Origin: Polaromonas sp.
GTDB taxonomy: Bacteria > Pseudomonadota > Gammaproteobacteria > Burkholderiales > Burkholderiaceae_C
NCBI RefSeq assembly: GCF_010365105.1
Contig: NZ_JAAFGZ010000008.1
Coordinates: 15,656-79,655, forward strand
DNA: 64,000 bases
Direction: 5' to 3'
The translations under genes and the position numbers were made by a program. Below the pieces are notes generated by a model. The model was given only the letters and a program-made list of their open reading frames with translations. It was not told where the DNA came from and ran no database searches. Positions 19,676 to 30,010 of the stretch are shown piece after piece. The first letter of the stretch is position 1. Each line of letters starts with the position of its first letter.

Positions 19676-20068
19676 GGGAGAAATTTGCCTGAACTTCAAA
19701 AGCCACGCAGCACAAAGGAATTGAATCAGGTGACCTCTCGAGGCAAACAGGGAGTCCTATTGGCTGGCTTGAGACGCCGCCACCGATGGGCGGTCCACCG
19801 CCAGCAGGGGTAATTTTTCCGTAAATGGAGTCGCGTGTTTTTTTACGGAGCCGTCAAGCTCGCTTACCCCGGTAAGTATTCGTACGGAATTGAAACGCCC
19901 AGTCTTACAGACCATCATCCAGCTGACTTCAGCACGTCATTCCGAGGGGTCTCGGGCTGCTGAGGCTTCGCATCCCTGAGGGACAAACTGGCGCCAAGCG
20001 TCAGATTGCCTGGAACAGGCGTGCGTGAAAAGTATGTGAACGAACAAATCAACACAAGAAGGCGAGAC

Positions 20069-22171
20069 ATGAGCATTCCACGCAAGAACACGACCTTGAA
20101 GCTGACCACGCTGGCCGCAGCCGTACTCGCGCTGAGCGCCTGCGGCGGCAGCAGCGACCCGGTCGAGAGCACCAACATCAAGCCGAGCTACCTGGGTGCC
20201 ATCGCCACCGCCAGCTATGACGGCAGCAGCGACGACCTGCTGACCGCCGGCCTGGGCAAGACCGGACTGGGCGGTACCGCGCCAGCCGTCGCCGACCCGC
20301 TCAAGCCAACGCCTGCCGAATTGCGCAAGCTCGCCATCTTCAACAACTACCGCGCCATCCTTGACATCAGCGCGGCTGGCGGCTACGGCACGCTGTATGG
20401 GCCGAACGTCGATGCCAAGGGCGTCATCACCACCAGCGAAGGCAAGATCGCCGGCACCGAGTTCATCGCCTATTCGGACGACGGCACCGGCAAGCAGAAC
20501 ATCACCATGCTGGTGCAGGTGCCCGCCACCTTCAACCCGGCCAATGCCTGCATCGTCACCGGCACCTCCAGCGGCTCGCGCGGCGTCTACGGCGCCATCG
20601 GCTCGTCCGGCGAATGGGGCCTGAAAAACGGTTGCGCCGTGGCTTATACCGACAAGGGCACCGGCACCGGCATTCACGACCTGCAGAACAACACCGTCAA
20701 CGGGCAGAACGGCGTTCGCACCGATGCTGCCACGGCCGGCAAGAACTCGATCTTCACTGCCGGACTGAGCGCCGCCGAACTGGCCACCTTCAATGCAGCC
20801 ACGCCCAACCGCTTTGCCGTCAAGCATGCGCATTCGCAGCAAAACCCGGAAAAGGACTGGGGCAAGTGGACGCTGCAGTCGGTCGAATTCGCCTATTTCG
20901 TGCTGAATGAAAAATACGGCGACCTGGCCCGTGACGGCGTGACGCACCTGAAAAAGCTCACGCCATCCAACACCATCGTGATTGCCTCCAGCGTGTCCAA
21001 TGGTGCCGGCTCGGCACTGGCGGCGGCCGAGCAGGACACGCAGGGCCTGATCAGCGGCGTGGCCGTGGCCGAGCCCGAAGTCCAGCTCGCGCCCGACAAC
21101 CGGCTGAGCGTCAAGCGCGGCGCCACCACCCTGGTCGGCACCGGCAAGCCGTTGTACGACTATTTCACGCTGGCCAACCTGCTGCAGCCCTGCGCCGCGC
21201 TGGTGTCGCCCACGACGAACGCCTTCAATTCCGTCAACCCCACGATTGCCGCCAACCGCTGCAGCGCCCTTCAGGCCAACGGCCTGGTCACCGGCACCAC
21301 GACCGCCGAGCAGGCCGCCAGCGCCATGGCCAAGCTGATCGAGGCCGGATGGCAGCCGGAAAGCACTGTGCTGCAGGCATCGCACTACTCGTTTGCCACG
21401 CTGTCGGTGGGGCTGACCTATGCCAACACCTACGGCCGCTTCAGCGTCAAGGACAACCTGTGCGGCTACAGCTTTGCCGCGACGGGTGCCACCGGCGCAC
21501 CGACATCAGTCAGTGCGGCTTCGCTGGCGACCTCGTTCGGCGCGTCCAACGGCGTGCCGCCAACCATCGGCATCAACATCGTCAACAACCTCAGCCTGGG
21601 CGGGCCGCTGCTCGATGCGGCCTCGCTGTCGGCCGGCAACGTGCAGGACTACAACATCGCCGGCGCGCTGTGCATGCGCGAGCTGTTTACCGGCACCAGC
21701 GCCAACGCGGTGCGCGTGCAGCAGGGCATCAAGGAAGTGGTGCGCAGCGCCAACCTGCGCGGCAAGCCGGCGCTGATCGTGCAGGGCCGGGCCGACACGC
21801 TGCTGCCGGTGGCCTTCACTGGCCGGCCTTACTACGGCATGAACAAGATCGTGGAAGGCACCGCTAGCAAGTTGTCGTACATCGAAGTGACCAATGCCCA
21901 GCATTTCGACGCCTTCCTCGCCTTACCGGGCTATCCGGAGCGCCTGGTGCCGCTGCACCGCTACTTCATCCAGGCAATGGACATGATGTATGCCAACCTG
22001 AAATCGGGCGCCGCCCTGCCGGCCAGCCAGGTGGTGCGTACCGTGCCGCGCGGCCTGAACGGCACCGTTGCCAACCCGATCAGCACTGCCAACGTGCCGC
22101 CGATCCAGACGAAGCCGGCTGCTGCTGACCAGATCACGTTTGCCAACAACGTGCTGACCATCGCCGACTGA
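20069..22171 (+). CDS. D-(-)-3-hydroxybutyrate oligomer hydrolase family lipoprotein
   Basis: ATG at 20069. Lipobox LALSAC. YDGSSDDLLTAGLGKTGLGG and the overall ~700-aa layout fit the 3HBOH family. Confidence 0.75.
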   Translation: MSIPRKNTTLKLTTLAAAVLALSACGGSSDPVESTNIKPSYLGAIATASYDGSSDDLLTAGLGKTGLGGTAPAVADPLKPTPAELRKLAIFNNYRAILDISAAGGYGTLYGPNVDAKGVITTSEGKIAGTEFIAYSDDGTGKQNITMLVQVPATFNPANACIVTGTSSGSRGVYGAIGSSGEWGLKNGCAVAYTDKGTGTGIHDLQNNTVNGQNGVRTDAATAGKNSIFTAGLSAAELATFNAATPNRFAVKHAHSQQNPEKDWGKWTLQSVEFAYFVLNEKYGDLARDGVTHLKKLTPSNTIVIASSVSNGAGSALAAAEQDTQGLISGVAVAEPEVQLAPDNRLSVKRGATTLVGTGKPLYDYFTLANLLQPCAALVSPTTNAFNSVNPTIAANRCSALQANGLVTGTTTAEQAASAMAKLIEAGWQPESTVLQASHYSFATLSVGLTYANTYGRFSVKDNLCGYSFAATGATGAPTSVSAASLATSFGASNGVPPTIGINIVNNLSLGGPLLDAASLSAGNVQDYNIAGALCMRELFTGTSANAVRVQQGIKEVVRSANLRGKPALIVQGRADTLLPVAFTGRPYYGMNKIVEGTASKLSYIEVTNAQHFDAFLALPGYPERLVPLHRYFIQAMDMMYANLKSGAALPASQVVRTVPRGLNGTVANPISTANVPPIQTKPAAADQITFANNVLTIAD

Positions 22172-22192
22172 TCGTTTTCAAGTCTCTTGCAA

Positions 22193-22229
22193 AGCCCGTG
22201 GCGCCGCCTGTGCGCCACGGGCTTTTTTC
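22193..22229 (+). terminator. rho-independent terminator
   Basis: AGCCCGTGGCGC-cgcctgt-GCGCCACGGGCT followed by TTTTTT, 22 nt after the stop codon. Confidence 0.8.
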
Positions 22230-22271
22230 ATGGGGATTGAAACAGGCAGCGCGTTCGTCGTGTCCGCATGG

Positions 22272-23105
22272 CTATTGGCTGCTGACGTCGTTCTGGACGG
22301 CGTCCAGCGGCAAGGTACTCTCCGCCAGCATCACCTCGACCTGCATGTCGTCAAGCTGCAGCGGCTGCAGCCCGTAGTCCGAGATAAACGCCACGTCGGC
22401 CGCGTCATGGCCGTAGGCCAGCACGATGCGGCCGCCGCGCGGCGCGTCCTGCGTGGCGTCGAAGGTGTACCAGCGACCGCCGACAAAGGCTTCGAACCAG
22501 GCATGCAGGTCCATCGGCTTGAGCCCGTGCAGGTAGCCGACCACCATGCGCGCCGGAATCTGCAGGCTGCGGCACAGGCCAATGCCGACATGCGCAAAAT
22601 CGCGGCACACGCCTGCGCCATGCTCCAGGGTGTCGAGCGCATCAGTGCTCGGGGTGCTGACGCCGTAGCGGTATTCGAGGTTGTCGTGAATCCAGGCGCG
22701 TATCTTTTCGACCTGCGCATAACCGGGCGGTGCCAGTCCGACCACGGTCAGCGCCTGGTCCTGCATCATGTCCGACGGGCAGTAGCGGCTTTGCAGCAGG
22801 TAGTGCAGCACGTCGGCGGGCAGTTCGGTGATGGGCGTCTTGGGCGCGTCATGCGCCACCGCGATGTGGTCTTCGACTTCCATGACCACTTCGACGTTGA
22901 TTTGCATCTGCCCCTGCGGCACGACCAGGCGCTGGCACAGGTTGCCGTAGCCGTCGGCAAACTCGTCCACCGGCGCCCAGGGGTGCAGGTCGTAGCGTTC
23001 GCTGACCACCCACTGCGTCTGGCCGCTGCGCGGGCGCAACATCGCCACCATGGGGCAATCCGAGGCAGCGGTCACGCTGATGGAACAGGCAGCTTTGAGC
23101 TTCAT
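22272..23105 (-). CDS. transglutaminase-like family protein
   Basis: 277 aa. GVCRDFAHVGIGLCRSLQIPARMVVGY catalytic Cys region, followed by H and D residues downstream. Confidence 0.85.
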   Translation of the reverse strand: MKLKAACSISVTAASDCPMVAMLRPRSGQTQWVVSERYDLHPWAPVDEFADGYGNLCQRLVVPQGQMQINVEVVMEVEDHIAVAHDAPKTPITELPADVLHYLLQSRYCPSDMMQDQALTVVGLAPPGYAQVEKIRAWIHDNLEYRYGVSTPSTDALDTLEHGAGVCRDFAHVGIGLCRSLQIPARMVVGYLHGLKPMDLHAWFEAFVGGRWYTFDATQDAPRGGRIVLAYGHDAADVAFISDYGLQPLQLDDMQVEVMLAESTLPLDAVQNDVSSQ

Positions 23106-23263
23106 GGAGGGAAAGGTAAAAAAATGGCAGGGAGGGCGCGAGAAGCTTTAGCTTAGCGTGCCTGTCATGTCCAGCTTGTAGGCTGAAATCCGGCGGCTGT
23201 GCAGGTGCGAACTGTTTCAGCCGCAAGCGCATGGCCAGCAGATGAAAAATTGATTAAAGTAGA

Positions 23264-23315
23264 CGTTTACGCTGGACTGGCATTGGTTTGATGCTATATA
23301 AAAAATAGCAATCAA
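23264..23315. repeat. REP-like intergenic repeat (copy 4, degenerate)
   Basis: Sequence TTGATGCTATATAAAAAATAGCAATCAA, containing a GCTAT-N7-ATAGC hairpin. Confidence 0.5.
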
Positions 23316-23537
23316 AGCGATCGTCAACACCGGCTCCCGTTCCGGCCTGCCGCCCCCGGGGTGCTGCGGTGCGGTGAATGTTCCCATGCTGACAAGGCAA
23401 CGTCTGACAAACGCCAGGACGCTGCTGCTTCAGAATAAAAACACATGGCAGCGCTGCAGCGAAGACTCGGGGAGCAGGCCTGGCACCGACAACGCAACGC
23501 TGACTGAAAGCACACCAGCCACGACAGGACTCGCACC

Positions 23538-24176
23538 ATGAACCAGCAACGCGTTGAAGGGCAGGCAGGCCATGCCGCCGCACCTTGCGTCAGTCCGGCT
23601 TTTGGCCAGCTGCGGGACAGCTTCCAGTTCCTTCGCGGGTTTGTGCGCAACCCGGCCCAGGTCGGCTCTGTCATTCCGAGTTCGCGCCAGCTGGAGCAGC
23701 GGCTGGTGCGCAGCGCGCGCATCGGCGACGCGCGCATGGTGGTCGAACTGGGGCCGGGCACCGGCGGAACGACCTCGGCGTTCCTGCGCGCCATGGCGTC
23801 CAACGCGCAACTGCTGGCCATCGAGCTGGACACCGAATTTCACCAGCGCCTGCATGCGTCGATCCGCGATGCGCGCTTCAGTGTCGAACTCGGCAGCGCA
23901 GAGCGCCTGGACGAGTTCCTGAGCGCGCGCAGGCTGCCCGCGCCCGATGCGATCATTTCGGGCATTCCGTTTTCCACCATGCCGGCCGAGGTCTCTGACC
24001 GGGTGGCGTCCAGCGTGGCGCGTGTGCTGCGTCCGGGCGGACGCTTTGTCGCCTACCAGGTGCGAGCGCATGTATCAAGCTTCGTGTCGCCCTACCTTGG
24101 CAAGCCTGAAAAGAAGTGGGAAGTCGTCAACGTCCCGCCGGTGCGCGTGTTCACCTGGGTCAAGCCCGAAACTTGA
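23538..24176 (+). CDS. class I SAM-dependent methyltransferase
   Basis: 212 aa. Motif I VVELGPGTGGTT. The N-terminal GSVIPSS segment resembles small phospholipid/rRNA N-methyltransferase-like proteins. Confidence 0.7.
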   Translation: MNQQRVEGQAGHAAAPCVSPAFGQLRDSFQFLRGFVRNPAQVGSVIPSSRQLEQRLVRSARIGDARMVVELGPGTGGTTSAFLRAMASNAQLLAIELDTEFHQRLHASIRDARFSVELGSAERLDEFLSARRLPAPDAIISGIPFSTMPAEVSDRVASSVARVLRPGGRFVAYQVRAHVSSFVSPYLGKPEKKWEVVNVPPVRVFTWVKPET

Positions 24177-24222
24177 GCCCGGCAGGGCGGGAACCCCACC
24201 TTCCGGATTCAGCGCTTTAGCT

Positions 24223-24927
24223 TCAGGGCCGTTCCGGTATGGCCAGACCCTTGACCACTGCCGGCCGTTCCACGAAAGCCGCCAGAACCCGCTTGACCTG
24301 CGCGAAGTCGTCGAATCCCACCAGCTCCCCGGCCTCGTAGAAGCCGACGAGGTTGCGCACCCACGGAAAGGTGGCGATGTCGGCAATGCTGTACTGCGTG
24401 CCCATGATCCAGTCGCGGCCTTGCAGCCGCCGGTCCAGCACGCCGAGCAGGCGCCGCGCTTCGGCCACGTAGCGATCGCGCGGTCGCTTGTCTTCATAGT
24501 CCTTGCCGGCAAACTTGTTGAAAAAGCCCAGCTGGCCAAACATCGGACCAATGCCGCCCATCTGGAACATCAGCCACTGGATCGTCTCGTAGCGGCCGGC
24601 CGCGTCCTGCGGAATGAGCAGGCCGGTCTTGTCGGCCAGGTAGAGCAGGATGGCGCCCGACTCGAACAGCGCCAGCGGCTTGCCGCCCGGACCGTTCGGG
24701 TCCAGGATGGCTGGAATCTTGTTGTTCGGGTTGAGCGACAGGAACTCCGGCGTCATCTGGTCCTGGGTTTCAAAGCTGACCAGGTGCACCTCGTATGGCA
24801 GCCGGGTTTCTTCCAGCAGGATGGAAACCTTCACACCGTTGGGAGTGGGCAGCGAATACAGCTGAAGCCGGTCAGGGTGCAGGGCGGGCCATTTCTGGGT
24901 CACGGGAAAGGCGGCAAGATCGTTCAT
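24223..24927 (-). CDS. glutathione S-transferase family protein (YfcG/YghU-like)
   Basis: The internal ATG at 24927 gives MNDLAAF... Also LYSLPTPNGVKVSILLEE, NPNNKIPAI and ESGAILLYLA. Confidence 0.85.
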   Translation of the reverse strand: MNDLAAFPVTQKWPALHPDRLQLYSLPTPNGVKVSILLEETRLPYEVHLVSFETQDQMTPEFLSLNPNNKIPAILDPNGPGGKPLALFESGAILLYLADKTGLLIPQDAAGRYETIQWLMFQMGGIGPMFGQLGFFNKFAGKDYEDKRPRDRYVAEARRLLGVLDRRLQGRDWIMGTQYSIADIATFPWVRNLVGFYEAGELVGFDDFAQVKRVLAAFVERPAVVKGLAIPERP

Positions 24928-25147
24928 TCGGCTTCCTGGGGCGGTGAATGCGGGACAAAGGCCCCACGGGAGCACGCATTCTGGCCCGAAGGCCGTTGGC
25001 CTGCAGCCGCACATCGCAAGTCCACGCCGGTGATGCAGGTCACCGGGACGGATTGACACCGGCGGGTAAACAGCTGCCCGGCGCTGCCCGTTCTAATTTT
25101 GAAAGCGCACGCGGTGAGCGCTTGCCGGCGGAAAAGACCGGCAGCGC

Positions 25148-25399
25148 CTAGCGCCCCACCACCGACCAGCCGGCGTGCTGGTTGGCCCTGTTGTTTTCGT
25201 ATTCCCACGCAGTGCCGCAGCGGTCGCAGCGGTAGCTGGTGAGGGTGACCAGACTGGCGCCGCGCTTTTCCTGGCGGTTGCCGCCCTGCACCAGTTCGGG
25301 ATGGCCCGGTGCCTTGCGCCAGTTGCGCTGGATGCCGGCGCACGATTCGCACAGCGCCATCTTCTTCAATTCGTTCTTTCGGTTCAGGTCTTCGGTCAT
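25148..25399 (-). CDS. small zinc-ribbon hypothetical protein
   Basis: 83 aa from the internal ATG at 25399. Two CxxC pairs (CESC ... CDRC). Confidence 0.45.
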   Translation of the reverse strand: MTEDLNRKNELKKMALCESCAGIQRNWRKAPGHPELVQGGNRQEKRGASLVTLTSYRCDRCGTAWEYENNRANQHAGWSVVGR

Positions 25400-25473
25400 G
25401 GTGTTGCTGCTTTTCTGGTAGGGCGAGGTTGCCTTGGGGATTAAGGCTGATTGTCGCTGACGCCAATTTGGCG

Positions 25474-26223
25474 TCAGGCGCCAGCGCCACTGCCGTCCGG
25501 CAAACGCAGGCTGCGCAGGCGCTGGTGCGCCGCGTCGTCGTTCTCCACGGGCAACTGCTGCCGGGCGTTCAGGTAATGGCCGGTGAACACATCGAGGTAA
25601 GCCTCCAGCGTCTGCGCCGCATGCGGCTCGCCGGCCAGTTCCAGGCACAGACCAGCGACTTCCGAGGTGCAGAAATGGTCCGCGCGTTTGGCCCGGCGCA
25701 GCCGGTAGCGCGAGAGTTGCTCGCCCTGCAGGCTGAGCACCGGCAAATGGTCGAGGTAAGGGCTTTTGCGAAACATCTTGCGCGCCTCGGGCCAGGTCGC
25801 GTCGAGCAGCACGAACAGCGGCCGCCTGCCATCATGCGGATGGGCGGCTTGCAACTGTGACACGACCCGCCCGTCGGCCACGAATTCCCCCGGAAACACC
25901 AGGTAGGGCTGCCACTGCGGATCGGCCAGCAGCGCCAGCAGCGCAGGGTCCACCTCGGTGCGCGCCCAGCCAAAGGCAAACGTGTCGGCCACCACATCCG
26001 CAATCAGCCAGCCGGTGTTGCTCGGCTTGAGCGGCTCGATGTCGGCCATGATCAGGCACACCCCGGCGCGCACCGGCACCAGCGGGCGCAAGGCGCACAG
26101 GCAGTGGCTGGGAAGCAGGCGGCAACCGGCGCAGCGCTCGCCGCGCGGCCCGCCACGGGCCAGAAAGGGTTTGGAACTGCGCGCCAGTCGCGCGGTGCGC
26201 AGGCGGGAGACGGCGTGGGGCAT
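25474..26223 (-). CDS. DTW domain protein (tRNA-uridine aminocarboxypropyltransferase family)
   Basis: CxxC..CLC N-terminal cysteines and the LLDATWPEARKM (DTW) motif. ATG at 26223 is preferred. Confidence 0.8.
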   Translation of the reverse strand: MPHAVSRLRTARLARSSKPFLARGGPRGERCAGCRLLPSHCLCALRPLVPVRAGVCLIMADIEPLKPSNTGWLIADVVADTFAFGWARTEVDPALLALLADPQWQPYLVFPGEFVADGRVVSQLQAAHPHDGRRPLFVLLDATWPEARKMFRKSPYLDHLPVLSLQGEQLSRYRLRRAKRADHFCTSEVAGLCLELAGEPHAAQTLEAYLDVFTGHYLNARQQLPVENDDAAHQRLRSLRLPDGSGAGA

Positions 26224-26543
26224 GGGCGCGAGTCTAGCGCAGCATGGCGGCCGGCAAGCTGCACAGTCCCACGCCATACTCCGGCGTGCCAGGACGCTTG
26301 GGACCCCCACGCTGACGGGGCTGGAAATGGCTCGGTAGTCAAACGGGTTGTTGCCATTTCCCAAGCCGCCGCGCCGCTTTGTTGTCTAAACTGGCAGGCT
26401 GCGGCAGATGCGCGATGGCCGACTGTTTCGATTTGGAGTTCTGCCTGCATTCACGTTTCCGACAAGAAAAAACCGTGCGCAGCCGACTGACGTGACAGGT
26501 CTGTTTTTTTCAACATCCCCGCCACCACGTCACAGGAGTCCAC

Positions 26544-27044
26544 ATGAAACGTCGCAAAATCCTGCATGGCTTTGCCCAGGTCTTCCTGGCATTGGCCGTG
26601 CTTCCCTTCAGTGAACTTGCCATGGCAATGACCAAACTCATGAAATCCAGGTCCGAGTGGCAGCAACAGTTGCCCGCTGCAAATTACGCAGTGCTGTTCA
26701 AGGACAGCACCGAGCGCGCTGGCAGCAGCCCGCTGAACGATGAAAAGCGTGCCGGAACCTATGTCTGCTTCGCCTGCAATTTGCCCTTGTTCAAGAGCGA
26801 ACTGAAATTCGACAGCGGCACTGGCTGGCCCAGCTTTTTCAATGTGATTCCCGACGCCGTAGAGACGCGCCTTGATTTCAGCATGATCTGGCCGCGCACC
26901 GAATACCACTGCGCCCGCTGCAACGGCCATCAGGGCCACCTGTTCAAGGACGGCCCGCAACCGACCGGTTTGCGTTATTGCAACAACGGCGTTGCGCTTC
27001 AGTTCATTCCCGCAGGCGAAAAACTACCGGAGTTGCGCACATGA
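26544..27044 (+). CDS. msrB: peptide-methionine (R)-S-oxide reductase, exported
   Basis: AGGAG RBS and a signal peptide. Motifs CFACNLPLF, GTGWPSFF and HCARCNGHQGHLF. Confidence 0.9.
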   Translation: MKRRKILHGFAQVFLALAVLPFSELAMAMTKLMKSRSEWQQQLPAANYAVLFKDSTERAGSSPLNDEKRAGTYVCFACNLPLFKSELKFDSGTGWPSFFNVIPDAVETRLDFSMIWPRTEYHCARCNGHQGHLFKDGPQPTGLRYCNNGVALQFIPAGEKLPELRT

Positions 27045-27661
27045 AAAACTGGCTTCAATCCCTTGCCGCCCTGGCCCTGACCCTGCTGGTCGGCCAGGCC
27101 GGCGCGCAGACCCCTTCAGCGCCAGCCCCTGCAGGCCAGAGAGCAACGGCGATCTTTGCCGGCGGCTGCTTCTGGTGCGTGGAAGCCGACTTTGAAAAAC
27201 TGCCCGGTGTCATCGCCGCCGAGTCGGGCTACACCGGCGGAAAAACTGCCAACCCCACTTATCAGACGGTGAGCGCCGGCGGCACCGGCCACACCGAGGC
27301 GGTTCGGCTGACCTACGATCCCGGCGTTGTCAGCTACCCGGTGTTGCTTGATTTCTTCTGGCGCCACATTGACCCGACCGTGAAGGACCGGCAATTTTGC
27401 GATGTCGGCGACCAATACCGCAGCGCCATCTACTACAACAGCCCGGCACAAAAAGCCCTGGTTGAAGCCAGCAAGGCGGCCCTCTTGAAGTCCGGCGTGC
27501 TGAAGGAAATCCATACCGAGATCGCTCCGGAATCGGCCTTTTACCTGGCCGAGGACTACCACCAGAGCTACTACAAAAAGAACCCGCTGCGCTACAACTA
27601 TTACCGCCTGACATGCGGCAGGGACAGCCGCGTCGCGGAAGTCTGGGGCACCAAGAACTGA
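27041..27661 (+). CDS. msrA: peptide-methionine (S)-S-oxide reductase, exported
   Basis: ATG at 27041 overlaps the msrB stop codon (ATGA). Signal peptide present. GGCFWC active site. Confidence 0.9.
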   Translation: MKNWLQSLAALALTLLVGQAGAQTPSAPAPAGQRATAIFAGGCFWCVEADFEKLPGVIAAESGYTGGKTANPTYQTVSAGGTGHTEAVRLTYDPGVVSYPVLLDFFWRHIDPTVKDRQFCDVGDQYRSAIYYNSPAQKALVEASKAALLKSGVLKEIHTEIAPESAFYLAEDYHQSYYKKNPLRYNYYRLTCGRDSRVAEVWGTKN

Positions 27662-27871
27662 GCGCTTGCGGGTAACCCCATCGCCAGCGGCCGCATTCGC
27701 CGCAGGGCTGCTGAAATTGGTGGCAGCGTGTATTGGCCTGTGGCCCTGCCGCAGCGCCTAAGGCATGGTGGCCGGGATTTGTGACCCGTTTGGACCTGCC
27801 TTTTTCCTGATGGCAACCGGCAGTTACCATGCAACTCCTCACACAAGGTCATCCTTTAGAAAGAACACGGT

Positions 27872-28837
27872 ATGCGCGATAACTTTTGGCCGGGCATCAT
27901 GCGGGCAGTTCGGGTCGGTTTATTGGCCACGCTGGCAGGCGCGGTGGTGGTGGGCTGCGGGGGCGGCGACGGCGGCGGCGCCGTGCCTCCGGTCGTGCAG
28001 GCCAACCCCACGACCCCGTGGGAGGTGATGACGGCAGGTGATATTGCGCAGTGTCTTCTTCGGCCTCCGCGTGACACGGCTGCCGAAAAGACAGCAAAGC
28101 TGGTCGAACGCCAGCTGGCTGACGCGGGCAGCAATTCCAACGTGCTGACCCTTGGAGACAATGCCTATTTTTTGGCCGGCTCCAACCTGGGCTACACCGA
28201 TTGCTATGAAAAAACCTGGGGCCGGTTTATCAATAAAACCTTCGCAATTCCAGGCAACCACGACTATGAAGGCGGCGACAGCAACGATTACTTCGGTTAT
28301 TTTGGGGCCAAGGCCAACCCCGATGGCAAGCGCACCGGCTACTACCGCATTGACCAAAACGGCTGGACCGTGTTTGCGCTGAACAGCAACATCGATGCGA
28401 CAGCCGCTTCAGTCCAGGCACAGTGGCTCAAGCAGGAGCTGGCCACCGCCCAGCCCTGTGTGGCGGCGGCCTGGCACCACGCCCGCTTCACCTCGGCGCC
28501 CGATGGCGACAACACCAAGATGACCGCCATGTGGGACATCCTGGACCAGGCCAAGGCCGATGTGGTGCTGCAATCCCACGAGCACCAATACGAGCGCTTT
28601 GCCCCCATGACCGCAGACGGCACGCTGTCCGCTACCGGCGGCATGCGCTCATTTGTAGTCGGCACCGGCGGCGCAGAAACTTACGCGCACGCTACGGTAC
28701 GCGCGGGCAGCGAGAAGCAGTTGGAAACCTTTGGCGTGATGCGTTTGTCGCTGTCGGCCGGCAACGCCAAGTGGCGATTCATTGACGTGGACAACGCCGT
28801 GCGCGACGAAGGGGCGTTTGAATGCCGCAAGAAGTAG
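27872..28837 (+). CDS. metallophosphoesterase (calcineurin-like) lipoprotein
   Basis: Lipobox VVVGC. GDNAY and GNHDYE metallophosphatase motifs. Confidence 0.8.
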   Translation: MRDNFWPGIMRAVRVGLLATLAGAVVVGCGGGDGGGAVPPVVQANPTTPWEVMTAGDIAQCLLRPPRDTAAEKTAKLVERQLADAGSNSNVLTLGDNAYFLAGSNLGYTDCYEKTWGRFINKTFAIPGNHDYEGGDSNDYFGYFGAKANPDGKRTGYYRIDQNGWTVFALNSNIDATAASVQAQWLKQELATAQPCVAAAWHHARFTSAPDGDNTKMTAMWDILDQAKADVVLQSHEHQYERFAPMTADGTLSATGGMRSFVVGTGGAETYAHATVRAGSEKQLETFGVMRLSLSAGNAKWRFIDVDNAVRDEGAFECRKK

Positions 28838-28892
28838 TCGCCTGTGGCAGGCCCTGGCTGCCGGCCCCGCACGGCCAGGGCCGCCGCATGGC

Positions 28893-29273
28893 TTATTTGG
28901 CCGGGCGGTGCAGCGCGCAGAGCTTGTTGCCGTCGGGGTCGCGCAGATACGCCAGGTAGATCTTGCCGACCGCGCCATCCCGAAACCCCGGCGGTTCTTC
29001 ACACGTCGTGCCGCCGTTGGCAAGGCCGGCCGCATGGAATGCGTCACCTTGTTCCGGCGACGCCACGTCAAACCCGATGGTGCTGCCATTGCCGTGCGTC
29101 GCGGGTTCGCCATTGATGGGCGTGGTGATGGCGAACGAACCCGTAGGGCTGCGGTAGAAATACCGGTTCTTGTTGGCAACCCCCGGGCTCATTCCCAGCG
29201 TGCCGAGCAGCGCATCGTAAAACTTCCTTGAAACTTCCAGATCGTTAACACCAAGCATGACGTGACTGAACAT
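28893..29273 (-). CDS. VOC (glyoxalase/bleomycin-resistance) family protein
   Basis: 126 aa. MFSHVMLGVNDLEVSRKFYD ... YLRDPDGNKL. Confidence 0.85.
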   Translation of the reverse strand: MFSHVMLGVNDLEVSRKFYDALLGTLGMSPGVANKNRYFYRSPTGSFAITTPINGEPATHGNGSTIGFDVASPEQGDAFHAAGLANGGTTCEEPPGFRDGAVGKIYLAYLRDPDGNKLCALHRPAK

Positions 29274-29559
29274 AATTTTCTCCGTTGGGTGCCCGGTGGC
29301 GGGCGAAGTAGGGCCGGGGGAATGGTAATGGATAACGGGTCAATGCCTGGCTGGCCCGAGCCACCGGGCGCGGCATTCAGAGCGGCACACGCCATCGGCT
29401 GGCAGGGGCTGCTTTCATGTGAAATCGGTCGCTTCCGCTGGCCCTGACTGCGCAGTCTGCTATCAATATTAATTTTTCTGATTGTTCAAGTCTTTACACC
29501 GGCCCTTGATACTTCAGAGGCTTCGCAACGGTTTCACAACGCTTCAGCAGGACATTGAC

Positions 29560-29772
29560 ATGAACCACAAAGTATTTCTTTCGCTGGCCGCGCTGGTCGT
29601 TTCCTTCGCCGCGTCAGCCGCCAAGGCGGGTACGGTCAACTTCGATTCAGGCAGCGCCAAAGTGCATAACGTCCAGATGATCAAACATCAACAGCACCGC
29701 AAGCACAAGGTATGGGTGCCTGCCCACCGCTCACACGGCCACCTGGTCAGGGGCCATTACGTCTGGCGCTGA
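29560..29772 (+). CDS. small secreted His/Arg-rich hypothetical protein
   Basis: The internal ATG at 29560 gives a signal peptide, MNHKVFLSLAALVVSFAASAAKA. The C-terminus is HQQHRKHKVWVPAHRSHGHLVRGHYVWR. Confidence 0.45.
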   Translation: MNHKVFLSLAALVVSFAASAAKAGTVNFDSGSAKVHNVQMIKHQQHRKHKVWVPAHRSHGHLVRGHYVWR

Positions 29773-29872
29773 CACCGCTTGGACCGCAACCTGGACAGGG
29801 CAGGGCCAAACCGGCGGCCACCGCCGCATGCTGCTGTGCAGCACTTGATTTTCAGGCTGAGATTCAAGCGAA

Positions 29873-29924
29873 AAATGCCTCTGGTGCATGCCCCGTCTGC
29901 GCAAGCAGCTATCAAGTGTGTAGC
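29873..29924 (+). repeat. REP-like intergenic repeat (copy 5)
   Basis: Sequence AAATGCCTCTGGTGCATGCCCCGTCTGCGCAAGCAGCTATCAAGTGTGTAGC. Confidence 0.6.
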
Positions 29925-30010
29925 AAAAAGCATCCGGAACAACGGCGGTGAGCCGTATTTGGGTACTATTTGCCGTAAAAATTGCGGTGAATAAACGCGA
30001 CAATCGCCGC

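Noticed and set aside
28848-28882. Hairpin GGCCCTGGC...GCCAGGGCC between the convergent metallophosphoesterase and VOC genes, considered as a terminator.
   Set aside because: There is no adjacent T-run or A-run, so the evidence for an intrinsic terminator is weak.
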